From positions 1 to 64,000 of the IMG/VR virus record IMGVR_UViG_3300025543_005580: 64,000 bases of DNA. One strand, given 5' to 3'. The translations under genes were made by a program, and so were the position numbers. Position 1 is the stretch's first letter, and each line of letters opens with the position of its first letter. Under the pieces are notes generated by a model. That model was given only the letters and a program-made list of their open reading frames with translations. It had not been told where the DNA came from and made no database searches. The stretch is from a virus. Below, piece by piece: positions 1-9,043 of the stretch.

Positions 1-133
1 AAAACATAAAGGCACCATTTAATAAACCAACCATCACAACAGGTGTCTTATCCCCACGATGGTCATCAGCAATTTGTTTAGCTATAATTTTTGTTTGGAT
101 ATCAATATCCTTAGCTTTAATTAATTCCTTCAT
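1..133 (-). CDS. hpt: Hypoxanthine phosphoribosyltransferase-like protein, N-terminal part (runs off the window edge)
   Basis: Not in the ORF track. Manual translation from the ATG at 133 gives MKELIKAKDIDIQTKIIAKQIADDHRGDKTPVVMVGLLNGAFMF, which matches the HPRT N-terminus (VGxLxGxxxF loop). Confidence 0.8.
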   Translation of the reverse strand, partial: MKELIKAKDIDIQTKIIAKQIADDHRGDKTPVVMVGLLNGAFMF

Positions 134-134
134 A

Positions 135-1895
135 TTAGTATATTCTATAATCTTTTTTTTCTATAACTGTATTTTCTAATACTAAAGCAGGTAAACCATT
201 TTTTACATAACTTTTAATAGCATCTAAAGGTGTTTCAACAATTGGTTCTCCAGGTCCATTAAATGAAGTATTTAGTACTAAAGGAATACCACTTGCTTTG
301 TAAAATGTATTAATTAAATCATAATATGATTTATTCATTTCTTCAGTAACGGATTGGTATCTTGAAGTACCATCAATATGAACTACTGATGGGATTTTAT
401 TTCTCCATTTTTCCTTACAATATGATGTTACTAACATATAAGGTGAAAAAACATCTAAATCAAATACTTCACCTTGTTGTTCAAATAAGACTGATGGGGC
501 AAATGGTCTATACCATTCACGTTTTTTAATATCATGATTAATGTAATCCTTCATCCATACAGTAGATGGATTTGCGATAATACTTCTATTACCTAATGCT
601 CGAGGCCCAATTTCTGATCCTCCTTGTAATAATCCAATTGGTTTATTTTCCAAAAGCATTTCAGTAATATAACGGTCTCTTTCCTCTCGAGTATTAAAAT
701 GGGTAATATAGTTGTATTCAAAAAACTCACCATCTTCTTTTTTTAAGTATAATTGAATATCTTTAATGATATCATTTTTAGTATAAGTTTTACCAAAATA
801 AGGACTCATGAATGGGTTATTTTCAATAGGTTCCCATTTATTAAGATAATGCTTACCATAAAAAGCAGCTCCTAAAGGAATACCACTATCATCAGCTGGA
901 GGAGTAAAATAACATTCTTTAAATAATCCTGATGTAATAATAGCTTCATTAGCATTACAATTAAGGAAAGAACCCCCAGAACAACAAATTTTATCTAAAC
1001 CAGTAAGTTGTTTTACATATTTAGCTAACATAGTAGTTAAACGCACTTGTTCACGTTGATAGATACCTGCTACATTTGATTTACGTCTAAAATCAGCTTT
1101 ATATGTAATTTCAGGATAAACTTGAGTACCAGGAATAAAAAAATCTACAATATTACCTTCTTCATCTTCAATAATATTAGCAATATATTCCTGAGTTGCT
1201 AACCATTCTGGGTCAGCGTATGAAGCTAATCCCATTAATTTACCTGCTTGCCAATTTGATGTTTTTTCATCAAAAGTTAATTGCATAGTACCTTGAGCAT
1301 ACATACATCCAACGGATAATTCTTCATCATCAAATGTATAAGGTTCAGGATATTTAATCCATTTTTTTAATACTTCCTCGTATTTACCTTTATTAAATTT
1401 AAATAAAGTAATAGCTTCACCCCATTTTAAACCTGTGGGTAGTTTAGGGAGTTTACCATATTTTTCTGTAAAATATTGGTGTGCTTTAGAATTTGTATCA
1501 TGAACATTTCCCATAGCATCAGCAACAATTACAGCAGCTTCATCATAACCAGAAGCATAAAATGTTGAATATGCATGAGCTACGTGGTGGGGAACAAATT
1601 TTAACTTACTTAATGGTTGTGCAAGATATTGTTGGAATTGAGGTTCTACAACATCATCCATTTCTGCTGTATTATAACTATAAACATCCACATCATCATA
1701 TGTAAGTCCTAAAGTATCTAAACAATAGTTAATTGATAATAAGGGAATATCTGTATTAAAGGGCATATCACGTTTTACTCGTGATAGTCTTTCTTCCATA
1801 ATTCCTACTTGAACCTTATCATCAATTACAATAACTGCTCCTTTATCATGACCTACTGAAAAGCCAAGACTAATTAATTTTCCGTCTTTTGTCAT
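135..1895 (-). CDS. Carbamoyltransferase, NodU/CmcH/TobZ family
   Basis: Motifs GHD, EERLSRVK, HHVAHA, GKLMGLASY, SGGxFLNC, DxGxxLGAA, GPRALGNRSI, KxREWYRPFAP, HIDGTSR and LNTSFN. Confidence 0.93.
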   Translation of the reverse strand: MTKDGKLISLGFSVGHDKGAVIVIDDKVQVGIMEERLSRVKRDMPFNTDIPLLSINYCLDTLGLTYDDVDVYSYNTAEMDDVVEPQFQQYLAQPLSKLKFVPHHVAHAYSTFYASGYDEAAVIVADAMGNVHDTNSKAHQYFTEKYGKLPKLPTGLKWGEAITLFKFNKGKYEEVLKKWIKYPEPYTFDDEELSVGCMYAQGTMQLTFDEKTSNWQAGKLMGLASYADPEWLATQEYIANIIEDEEGNIVDFFIPGTQVYPEITYKADFRRKSNVAGIYQREQVRLTTMLAKYVKQLTGLDKICCSGGSFLNCNANEAIITSGLFKECYFTPPADDSGIPLGAAFYGKHYLNKWEPIENNPFMSPYFGKTYTKNDIIKDIQLYLKKEDGEFFEYNYITHFNTREERDRYITEMLLENKPIGLLQGGSEIGPRALGNRSIIANPSTVWMKDYINHDIKKREWYRPFAPSVLFEQQGEVFDLDVFSPYMLVTSYCKEKWRNKIPSVVHIDGTSRYQSVTEEMNKSYYDLINTFYKASGIPLVLNTSFNGPGEPIVETPLDAIKSYVKNGLPALVLENTVIEKKDYRIY

Positions 1896-2266
1896 CTTTT
1901 TCCTCCGTAATATTCTTTAGCGTGACCTTCATTGATTAAAATTTTATTTACACTTATCTCTGGTAAGTTAGGGTTATCATTATATGTGTTTTCAACATAA
2001 ATTTCACCTAAACAACGACCATATTTTCCTACCCCATGAGATACTAAAATAAATTTATTTTCATTATCTTTTAGAATTTCAATTAAGCGAGTTTTAGCTG
2101 CTAATCCTTTTTTCTTTTCTTCTTTATCTCGAGTTCTAGATTCCCAAGCATCCATCCCCATCATTCTAATTCTAACTTTTTTCCAAGTATCGAATCCTAA
2201 ATCTACTAAGGCGTCTACTGTATCTCCATCTACTACTCTATCTACTGTTGCGTGGTAAGTATACAT
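1892..2266 (-). CDS. Thermonuclease (SNase-like) family nuclease
   Basis: RVVDGDT, IRxxGxDAxE, GKYGRCLG and VNKILINEGHA motifs. Confidence 0.88.
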   Translation of the reverse strand: MYTYHATVDRVVDGDTVDALVDLGFDTWKKVRIRMMGMDAWESRTRDKEEKKKGLAAKTRLIEILKDNENKFILVSHGVGKYGRCLGEIYVENTYNDNPNLPEISVNKILINEGHAKEYYGGKR

Positions 2267-2394
2267 TATTTATTTTCTAAAATTGTTTTTAATTTATCTA
2301 TGAGAGCCAGAACTTCATCCGGCTCCATAGTGATTGCACAACACACTGAAACATTTTCTTCTATTTTTTCTAATATTTCAAGTGCTTCTTCCAT
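2266..2394 (-). CDS. Small hypothetical protein (42 aa)
   Basis: Manual translation MEEALEILEKIEENVSVCCAITMEPDEVLALIDKLKTILENK. It fills the gap exactly, with TAATG stop/start overlaps on both sides. Confidence 0.7.
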   Translation of the reverse strand: MEEALEILEKIEENVSVCCAITMEPDEVLALIDKLKTILENK

Positions 2395-3197
2395 TATACT
2401 TGTCGTTTAGTATCGTAAGCAATAATGTGATCTCTACCAGTCATGTTATAACCATGTTCAGCACACATTTCAAATACTAAAGGATACATTTCAATTAATG
2501 TTTCTCTAGTATCACCTGCGGGCATTACAAATGTTTTATCTTTAGGAATATCGAGCTCTTGTCTGTAAGCTTCGATTTCATCGAGGCCTTTATCAGTCCC
2601 ATCCCAGACAGGCTTATAATGATAGTCAGTATGATAATCAATAGTCTTTCTAATGGCTTCAGTATTAAGGCGAAGACGATTGTGCGTTTGAACCATCTTT
2701 TCATCCGTAACTGATCCATTGGGAGTAAGGGCACCAACAACAGGGACACTATTACTAAACTTAGGTGACAGAGAAATGAGACCAATCGGATAATCGGTTT
2801 CGAGGAAATGAGAGCCTTCAGTCTCGATAGTAATGAGAATTCCTCTTTCATGAGCAAAATGTGTTAATTCATTAACTAATGCTGGGTGCATTGTTGGGGA
2901 ACCACCAGTTAACATCATTTCTTTAACGTGAGGATTCTCATCATAAATTTTGATAATATCATTAAATGTGAACCCACCTTTCTCAGGATGGATAGAAGTA
3001 TACCAACTATCACACCAACCCCCTTCGCCAAAAAAGCAACGATGAGTGCAACCAGTAGTACGAACAGCAATAGTAGGGCGACCAAAGCGGCTGCCTTCAC
3101 TTTGAACACATCTATATACTTCCAATACGGGGAGTACTTTATCATAATCTGTAATTCGCCCTAATGGGGCTACTTTATTCCATAATTTTGGATTCAT
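2394..3197 (-). CDS. queE: 7-carboxy-7-deazaguanine synthase (radical SAM)
   Basis: QSEG..G.P...VRTTGCTHRC(x8)CDS, LTGGSP, ITIETEGS and SLSPK; adjacent to queD. Confidence 0.9.
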   Translation of the reverse strand: MNPKLWNKVAPLGRITDYDKVLPVLEVYRCVQSEGSRFGRPTIAVRTTGCTHRCFFGEGGWCDSWYTSIHPEKGGFTFNDIIKIYDENPHVKEMMLTGGSPTMHPALVNELTHFAHERGILITIETEGSHFLETDYPIGLISLSPKFSNSVPVVGALTPNGSVTDEKMVQTHNRLRLNTEAIRKTIDYHTDYHYKPVWDGTDKGLDEIEAYRQELDIPKDKTFVMPAGDTRETLIEMYPLVFEMCAEHGYNMTGRDHIIAYDTKRQV

Positions 3198-3199
3198 AT

Positions 3200-3664
3200 T
3201 TATTTTACGTAATATGCAGCATTTTTACCATGCTCCATAAATTTAACTTTAGTTACCCTAACTCTATTTTTTGTTTCCATTTTAACAAACTCATTTAATT
3301 TATTAAAGATATACTCAGCAAATTTTTCAGCACCTGTAGCAGGGATTACTCTAATTTGGGCTACTTCTGCTGCTTCCATTTGTCTAAAAGCATCTAACCA
3401 CGGATCATCTTCAGCGATAATCATTGTGTGATCAAACATATAATCCATCCATGCTTTAGGTTGCATTCCATCAATTAATGTTGAGGCACGTTTCATACCA
3501 CCAAAATCCCAAACCCAATTTCTATGGTCTAACTCACCTTCAAAATATACTTTAAATGAAATGCCATAACCATGTACAAATCTACAATGTGTGTCTTCTG
3601 CTTTCCATTGACGGAATACTGTACTAAATCCATCAAATACTTTACTTGATTGAAATTTACTCAT
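3200..3664 (-). CDS. queD: 6-carboxy-5,6,7,8-tetrahydropterin synthase
   Basis: HCRFVHGY, WVWDFG, FDHT and a C-terminal V.F.E motif. Confidence 0.9.
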   Translation of the reverse strand: MSKFQSSKVFDGFSTVFRQWKAEDTHCRFVHGYGISFKVYFEGELDHRNWVWDFGGMKRASTLIDGMQPKAWMDYMFDHTMIIAEDDPWLDAFRQMEAAEVAQIRVIPATGAEKFAEYIFNKLNEFVKMETKNRVRVTKVKFMEHGKNAAYYVK

Positions 3665-3917
3665 TTGTATAAAAATCTATTACTTGTTGTTTTGATAAAC
3701 CTCCTACTTTACGACCCAATTCATTCCCATCTAGATCAGTTAAAACTAATGTTGGTATACTTTTAACATTATATTTTTGTACTAAACTTGGTTCATAATC
3801 AACATTAATTTTCTTAACGTTCATTCCTTCACTAATTAGACTATCCATAACTGGTCCTAACATTTTACAAGGTCCACACCACGGGGCTGAGAAGTAAATA
3901 ATTCCTTTGTGATTCAT
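3657..3917 (-). CDS. Thioredoxin
   Basis: FSAPWCGPCK active site and the SIPT cis-Pro motif. Confidence 0.92.
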   Translation of the reverse strand: MNHKGIIYFSAPWCGPCKMLGPVMDSLISEGMNVKKINVDYEPSLVQKYNVKSIPTLVLTDLDGNELGRKVGGLSKQQVIDFYTNE

Positions 3918-3932
3918 AATTTTATTTTTTAT

Positions 3933-4190
3933 TTATACTAATTCTTCTATAATTCCTACTATTTCACTCAATATAAGTAAAATAGTTGCAGTAACCAAAT
4001 TAAAGGGGAGGAACACGTACCCTAAAATACGAATTCCAGATTTTATAAAACTTACATAACGATGCCATTTTTGGTCTGGCATGTGTTCTAATTTAGATCC
4101 TGTGTAAAGAGTTGCCGGGTTGGGATATATATTATCATTATCCCCTGGGTTACCTAACCCTTTAGCATTCATAATTTCTCTATCACTCAT
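3933..4190 (-). CDS. Small membrane protein
   Basis: Hydrophobic C-terminal half; overlaps the queC stop. Confidence 0.6.
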   Translation of the reverse strand: MSDREIMNAKGLGNPGDNDNIYPNPATLYTGSKLEHMPDQKWHRYVSFIKSGIRILGYVFLPFNLVTATILLILSEIVGIIEELV

Positions 4191-5022
4191 GGCTTTCTAA
4201 TACTTTAGTTACGTGTTCTACTACATGATCCCAACTAACAATACCTGTTTCATCCTCGTAAATTACAGGATCAGGACGACCTAATTTAATAAATGCTTCA
4301 ACTCGTTCTACACTTGATGCTGATTTATAATCACTATTTCCACTTGGATAAGGTTTATATGATGTATTTGTACGAGAATAAACTTCATTAAAATCAATAC
4401 CTAATGTTTCACATAATATTTCTCCATCTTGTAGGATAGTGAATTTATCTCCTAATAAATAAGGTGTCCAATAATGTACTCTTTCAGCTTCCCAATTACC
4501 TAATCTAAAAGCTTCATCATCTGCATCTCTAAATTCCTGTCTACAATCTGGATAAATTGAATGGTCTCCTGCGTGGATGCCTAAAGCAATATCTGTGTTT
4601 TCTTCTGTCCTATTTGCTACTGATAGAGCAACGGCTTGAGTAATAGAAGCAAATATTTTATTCCTATTAGGAACAACTGTTGCTTTCATATTATCTTCGG
4701 CATAATGCCCTTCAGGTACATCATCTCCACCTTCAACTAGTGCAGAATCAAGTAAATCAACTAACCCATTTAACTTAATAACTTGGTATTTAATTCTACA
4801 ACCTCCATAACAATCATTTTCATTACATTGTTCATTTAAATAATCAACTAATGATTGAGCTCGTTCTAATTCAACTCTATGTTTTTGACCATAATCAAAT
4901 GATAAAGCTGTTACTGTGTCATACTCATTTAGTGCCTTAAGCAACAACGTTGAGCTATCCATACCACCTGAAAGTGATACTACTACGTGTTTTCCTTTGT
5001 TAAAATTCATTTCTAATTGCAT
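4183..5022 (-). CDS. queC: 7-cyano-7-deazaguanine (preQ0) synthase
   Basis: SLSGGMDSS PP-loop, SFDYGQKH..EL, TVVPNRN and YPDCR. Confidence 0.93.
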   Translation of the reverse strand: MQLEMNFNKGKHVVVSLSGGMDSSTLLLKALNEYDTVTALSFDYGQKHRVELERAQSLVDYLNEQCNENDCYGGCRIKYQVIKLNGLVDLLDSALVEGGDDVPEGHYAEDNMKATVVPNRNKIFASITQAVALSVANRTEENTDIALGIHAGDHSIYPDCRQEFRDADDEAFRLGNWEAERVHYWTPYLLGDKFTILQDGEILCETLGIDFNEVYSRTNTSYKPYPSGNSDYKSASSVERVEAFIKLGRPDPVIYEDETGIVSWDHVVEHVTKVLESHE

Positions 5023-5056
5023 GTTTTATTTGCCAGGTATGTTTTAAGGATATAGG

Positions 5057-5311
5057 CTAATCCTGTGGTTTATCTTCTGGGGATGGGAAATCAAATTCTC
5101 CTTTACTATTACGGATTGGTTCAACAACTCGAATAATAAAGTTAATACCTTTTAATGTAAATTCCCCGCCTTGTTGTAACATTTTGCGGAAAAATTGTTC
5201 TTGGTTTTCATTCCAATCCTTACTCAAATTAATTATTACATCCTTATCTTCTACTCTTTTTCCATCTATATAGATTTTTTGAGTACTTCGTATTGCTTGT
5301 TTAGTTAACAT
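5057..5311 (-). CDS. Hypothetical protein
   Basis: ORF in the tightly packed co-directional gene array. Confidence 0.6.
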   Translation of the reverse strand: MLTKQAIRSTQKIYIDGKRVEDKDVIINLSKDWNENQEQFFRKMLQQGGEFTLKGINFIIRVVEPIRNSKGEFDFPSPEDKPQD

Positions 5312-5314
5312 ATT

Positions 5315-5872
5315 TTATATTTCTTTCATTACTTTATCTAATTTTTCTTGGAGTATAGTAAACTCAGGATCTACTACTTCTTCCCAAAAGTTTCTATCAT
5401 AGTCCTCCTCTTCTCCCTCAATTTCTTCTTCCCATTCATATTCATCTAAATCATGGTTTTCTTCTGAAATTATTTCTCCATAATAAACTTCGAATACCCC
5501 AATTGGTTGGTATCCTTCATCCCAATATTTACCTGAGACTTTGATTTCATCATCAATTTCAGCCATTTGTCTATAAATCTCTAAAATCATATCTGATGGA
5601 GGATACCAAGCTGAGTCTAAGTAGATTTCACATCTATTATCACTTGAACGATAATATCCTTCATCGTAAATCTCAACCCATTTTGAACCAATTCTATCGA
5701 TTAGTAGTTCTGCTTTAGCACCAAACTCATCTATGATGTGAGGATTTTCTTCTTGATTTGGGTAAGGTCCACTATGACACTTTTCAAATCGTTCTACAAA
5801 ATTGTCAATTGCTTCTTTAGATCCTTCTATATAGATCTCTGTTCTATTACTATTCGCCATCTTCGTCTTCAA
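5315..5872 (-). CDS. Acidic hypothetical protein, possibly YubB/DUF1281 ferredoxin-like fold (probable start M5, MANSN)
   Basis: N-terminal N...I.G pattern and a DSAWYPP motif resembling the family FxTAWxPP, plus Y.DEG. Confidence 0.5.
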   Translation of the reverse strand: MKTKMANSNRTEIYIEGSKEAIDNFVERFEKCHSGPYPNQEENPHIIDEFGAKAELLIDRIGSKWVEIYDEGYYRSSDNRCEIYLDSAWYPPSDMILEIYRQMAEIDDEIKVSGKYWDEGYQPIGVFEVYYGEIISEENHDLDEYEWEEEIEGEEEDYDRNFWEEVVDPEFTILQEKLDKVMKEI

Positions 5873-6059
5873 TTAATTCGGGCCATTCAGAATCTTCAAG
5901 ACATTTATCACGAGCTAATTCAAATTCAACTTCGTCTAAAACTTCTTCTTGTAGGTCCTCATCACCTGATTTCCACTTTTCAATTTGTTCAGGAGTTAAA
6001 TCCTCGGTTTCTTCCCATCTGTAATCAGTATAGGTCACCATTTTTCTTAATTTAGCCAT
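5850..6059 (-). CDS. Small acidic hypothetical protein
   Basis: ORF overlaps its neighbours in operon fashion. Confidence 0.6.
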   Translation of the reverse strand: MAKLRKMVTYTDYRWEETEDLTPEQIEKWKSGDEDLQEEVLDEVEFELARDKCLEDSEWPELIEDEDGE

Positions 6060-6243
6060 TTGCTTGAAAATATAATTTTAAAAAGTTTTCAGGGTAAAGC
6101 ACTACATCCCCTTTATATCCCTTTGTTTCAACATATCTAGTATCAAGTGGAATTCCCATTGAAACTGCAGAAGCTGTTGTTTGTGCTCCTAATTCTTTAC
6201 CACCAGCTTTGCCTAGGTAATCATATAAACTAATCATTTTCAT
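6052..6243 (-). CDS. Small hypothetical protein
   Basis: ORF packed in the operon (SLYDYLGKA...Y.G.V.LYP..FL). Confidence 0.6.
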   Translation of the reverse strand: MKMISLYDYLGKAGGKELGAQTTASAVSMGIPLDTRYVETKGYKGDVVLYPENFLKLYFQANG

Positions 6244-6244
6244 T

Positions 6245-7036
6245 TTATAAGTTATTTATTGTTCTAAATTTATTTAAATTATGAGTTAGTGTTTCAAAGT
6301 CAAAGTTATTATTCCCATCCATGTAAAAATAATCATTCATATTTGCTTTTGGTTTGCTGTCTAATCCCGCACTTGTATAACGAATATTTTCTAACGTCGC
6401 CATTACTGGGTTTGATGTATCTATTGATTCAATACATTCAAATCCGCGATACCAACCAAATTCTTGTGGTACTGAGCATCCTAATAAATGAATTCGATCG
6501 TTTTGTGAGATTACTTGGGTTTTATATAAAGCAGAAATTACTGATAATCGTCCCAGGGCCTTACCAATATCAGGATTAGGATGAGGGACAACATCATTAT
6601 AATAAGAAGCACCGTATGAAAAAGCAATTTTTTGATATCCTAAGTCTTTATATGTTTGATAACAAGTAGCAGCTTCATGGATTGTAGTTGCTTGGACTAC
6701 TGCCACTTTTTCTACTCCTTTAGGTAATTGGATTTGAGCCCATTTACGAGCATTTACTACAGATGCATTTCTATCACACCAAACATCAGGTATAATAAAT
6801 TCTTGGGGACGTAATTTATCAACCCATTTTAACAAACCATCATCACCATAACTTTCTCCAAGTTCATGAAGAGAATTATCTAGAATAATGTGCCTTCCTT
6901 TTTCTCTAGCATTTATAAAATAGGCAGCATAATCTGGTTCTTCATCTAATAAATGAACAAGAGCATAATCATAATCATTAAAGTATCTACTATCTTCTAG
7001 TAAAAATAAAGGAGTTTCATGACTTATTTTTATCAT
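6245..7036 (-). CDS. dpdA: TGT-fold guanine transglycosylase-like protein, probable DpdA
   Basis: IILDNS, IIPDV, AVVQ, IHLLG and SIDTS motifs of TGT-like barrels; lies upstream of queC/D/E. Confidence 0.7.
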   Translation of the reverse strand: MIKISHETPLFLLEDSRYFNDYDYALVHLLDEEPDYAAYFINAREKGRHIILDNSLHELGESYGDDGLLKWVDKLRPQEFIIPDVWCDRNASVVNARKWAQIQLPKGVEKVAVVQATTIHEAATCYQTYKDLGYQKIAFSYGASYYNDVVPHPNPDIGKALGRLSVISALYKTQVISQNDRIHLLGCSVPQEFGWYRGFECIESIDTSNPVMATLENIRYTSAGLDSKPKANMNDYFYMDGNNNFDFETLTHNLNKFRTINNL

Positions 7037-7166
7037 AACTTTTTAATTTAATATAAATATAATTTAAGGTTGGGGATATTCCAAGTCCACTTAAAAGAAA
7101 AGTAAAAATATTTGGATGCCAATGCTCTCCACAAAATCCTAAACTATGTTTTAATACTTCAATCAT
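7017..7166 (-). CDS. Small hypothetical protein (49 aa)
   Basis: Manual translation MIEVLKHSLGFCGEHWHPNIFTFLLSGLGISPTLNYIYIKLKSYDKNKS; starts a few nt after the thyA stop. Confidence 0.5.
   Translation of the reverse strand: MIEVLKHSLGFCGEHWHPNIFTFLLSGLGISPTLNYIYIKLKSYDKNKS
7054..7084 (-). promoter_or_regulatory. Bacteroidota-type promoter (TTG-N20-TATATTTA) upstream of the dpdA-like gene
   Basis: Plus strand TAAATATA at 7054-7061 and CAA at 7082-7084; same 20-nt spacing as five other sites. Confidence 0.65.
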
Positions 7167-7169
7167 AAT

Positions 7170-8096
7170 TTAATTACTTAAAGGTGCTTTAATTGCTGTT
7201 GCTGATTGGTAATCTATTAGTTCGTAATCAAACTCACCATTTAAAATATCTACATTGGATAATTTAATAGTCGGTAAATCAAATCCATCTCTACTAATCT
7301 GCTCTTTAGCTTGCTCAACATGGTTATTATATAAATGAACATCACCTAAATTACCGATTAAATCTCCTGGTTTGTATCCTGTTTCTTCACATAACAGCAT
7401 TAGTAACATTCCGTATGATGCAATGTTAAAAGGTAGTCCTAAGAACGTATCAACACTTCTCTGATTCCACATTAAAGATAGTTTACCATCTGCTACATAA
7501 ACTTGGAAGCCGTAATGGCATGGAGGAAGAGTCATCTGATCTAACTCACCTACATTCCAAGCACTAACCATCAATCTTCTACTATCAGGGTTTGTTTTAA
7601 GATCATGGATTAGATTAGCAATTTGGTCAAAATGTTGAGGTATTAGTTTTCCTAATTGAATAGTAGGTCTGCTCCAATATCTCCATTGTGCTCCATAGAT
7701 AGGACCTAACTCACCCCACTTTTTAGCAAACTCATTATTTGTTTTGATTTTGTTGATGAATTCTTCTTGTGTTAAAAAATTACCAATAGGAACACCCGGT
7801 TGCATATTAACTTTTATTACATAGTTTTTATATGCATCACCATTCCAAATGTTACAACCATTGTCAACCAAATACTTAATATTGGTATCTCCTTTTAGAA
7901 ACCACTTTAATTCAGTCATCATAGTTTTAACTGCCATCTTCTTTGTGGTTAACAGAGGAAAACCATCTGACATTTTATGTCTGATTTGCATTCCAAATTT
8001 AGATAAAGTTCCGGTTCCGGTTCTATCTTTTTTTTCTTTTCCATTGTACAGAAGTTCAGCTAAAATACCTCTGTATTGTTCGTCTAATTTATTCAT
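7170..8096 (-). CDS. thyA: Thymidylate synthase
   Basis: DRTGTGT, FPLLTTKK, ELKWFL, LGPIYG.QWR, LPPCH, QRSVDTFLGLPFNIASY and HLYNNH. Confidence 0.97.
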   Translation of the reverse strand: MNKLDEQYRGILAELLYNGKEKKDRTGTGTLSKFGMQIRHKMSDGFPLLTTKKMAVKTMMTELKWFLKGDTNIKYLVDNGCNIWNGDAYKNYVIKVNMQPGVPIGNFLTQEEFINKIKTNNEFAKKWGELGPIYGAQWRYWSRPTIQLGKLIPQHFDQIANLIHDLKTNPDSRRLMVSAWNVGELDQMTLPPCHYGFQVYVADGKLSLMWNQRSVDTFLGLPFNIASYGMLLMLLCEETGYKPGDLIGNLGDVHLYNNHVEQAKEQISRDGFDLPTIKLSNVDILNGEFDYELIDYQSATAIKAPLSN

Positions 8097-8673
8097 ATTT
8101 TCTAGGTCTTCCTCTTTTTCTTTTAATTAATGATTGTTCTGTTTTTAATTTTTTAGAGGGACGACCTCTCATTCGTTTACGATTTTCTGCTGGGGTTTTA
8201 TATAAAAAATTTTCAGCCATATCATAAAAGGAAGCAATGTCACCTGGCCATTTAAGGAATTGTTCCTCAAGTTCCTTATGAGTAATTTTAAACGCTTTAG
8301 TAAAAGCATCATATAATGCTTCCATTCGAGTTTTTTCTTCCTTTTCAAAATCTTCCATCAAACGTTTGTATCGTGCAAGATCAACAGATAATATTTCTAA
8401 TTGATCTGAGTGGTTATGTCGGGATAAATCAACTTTATCCTTAGCCTGATAAAGGGATAATTGTGCTTGCCATATGTAAGATGATGGGTTAAAATCTCCG
8501 TTAGCAATACGATCCTTTAGAGAAGCACGTTTACCTAGTGGGGTAACATTATCAGTATGTGTTCTCCACCACATAAATCTATTATAATTCATCGGCTGTA
8601 AGAGATTGATATGCTCCATAACAGTTTCTAAACTATGATTAATACAACTTTCTTTAATAAATCCGTAACCCAT
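8089..8673 (-). CDS. Hypothetical protein with two C-terminal AT-hook-like motifs
   Basis: RGRPSKK and KRKRGRPRK at the C-terminus. Confidence 0.6.
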   Translation of the reverse strand: MGYGFIKESCINHSLETVMEHINLLQPMNYNRFMWWRTHTDNVTPLGKRASLKDRIANGDFNPSSYIWQAQLSLYQAKDKVDLSRHNHSDQLEILSVDLARYKRLMEDFEKEEKTRMEALYDAFTKAFKITHKELEEQFLKWPGDIASFYDMAENFLYKTPAENRKRMRGRPSKKLKTEQSLIKRKRGRPRKYE

Positions 8674-8676
8674 AAA

Positions 8677-8958
8677 TTATTTGTCTAATGTATTACCTAG
8701 TTCAACATCTTCCCACTTGATTTTAGCAGTAATTTTGTTATCCAATAAATCATATGAATATAACATCAACCCACTTTTAGTAATTGAGTGAACATTCATG
8801 CTCTTACCAAATATACTTAATTCACTTACTTGACCATCTGAATAATTTGCTTCAGGGTCTTTTGGGGTAAATTCTAATACTTTTTTTATTGAGTATTTGT
8901 TAGGAATAGTAAATTCAAATTTTTCTGTTGCTGTTTCGAAATGTTTTTTTATGTTCAT
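8677..8958 (-). CDS. Hypothetical protein
   Basis: ORF directly downstream of the promoter motif at 8981-9011. Confidence 0.6.
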   Translation of the reverse strand: MNIKKHFETATEKFEFTIPNKYSIKKVLEFTPKDPEANYSDGQVSELSIFGKSMNVHSITKSGLMLYSYDLLDNKITAKIKWEDVELGNTLDK

Positions 8959-8980
8959 AACCTTTATTTTTTATTATACC

Positions 8981-9011
8981 TAAATATACAAAAGGGATAT
9001 GGCTAAACCAA
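8981..9011 (-). promoter_or_regulatory. Bacteroidota-type promoter (TTG-N20-TATATTTA)
   Basis: Plus strand TAAATATA at 8981-8988 and CAA at 9009-9011. Confidence 0.7.
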
Positions 9012-9019
9012 ATCCCCTT
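8989..9019 (-). terminator. Intrinsic terminator overlapping the promoter
   Basis: Minus-strand RNA GGGAU-UUGG-UUUAG-CCA-U-AUCCC-UUUU, just after the stop at 9044. Confidence 0.55.
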
Positions 9020-9043
9020 GTGGAAGTCTTTAATATATTTTTA

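Noticed and set aside
7170-8096. ThyA as a possible dCMP hydroxymethylase partner for the carbamoyltransferase
   Set aside because: It retains the dUMP-specifying Asn (GLPFNIASY) and all canonical ThyA motifs.
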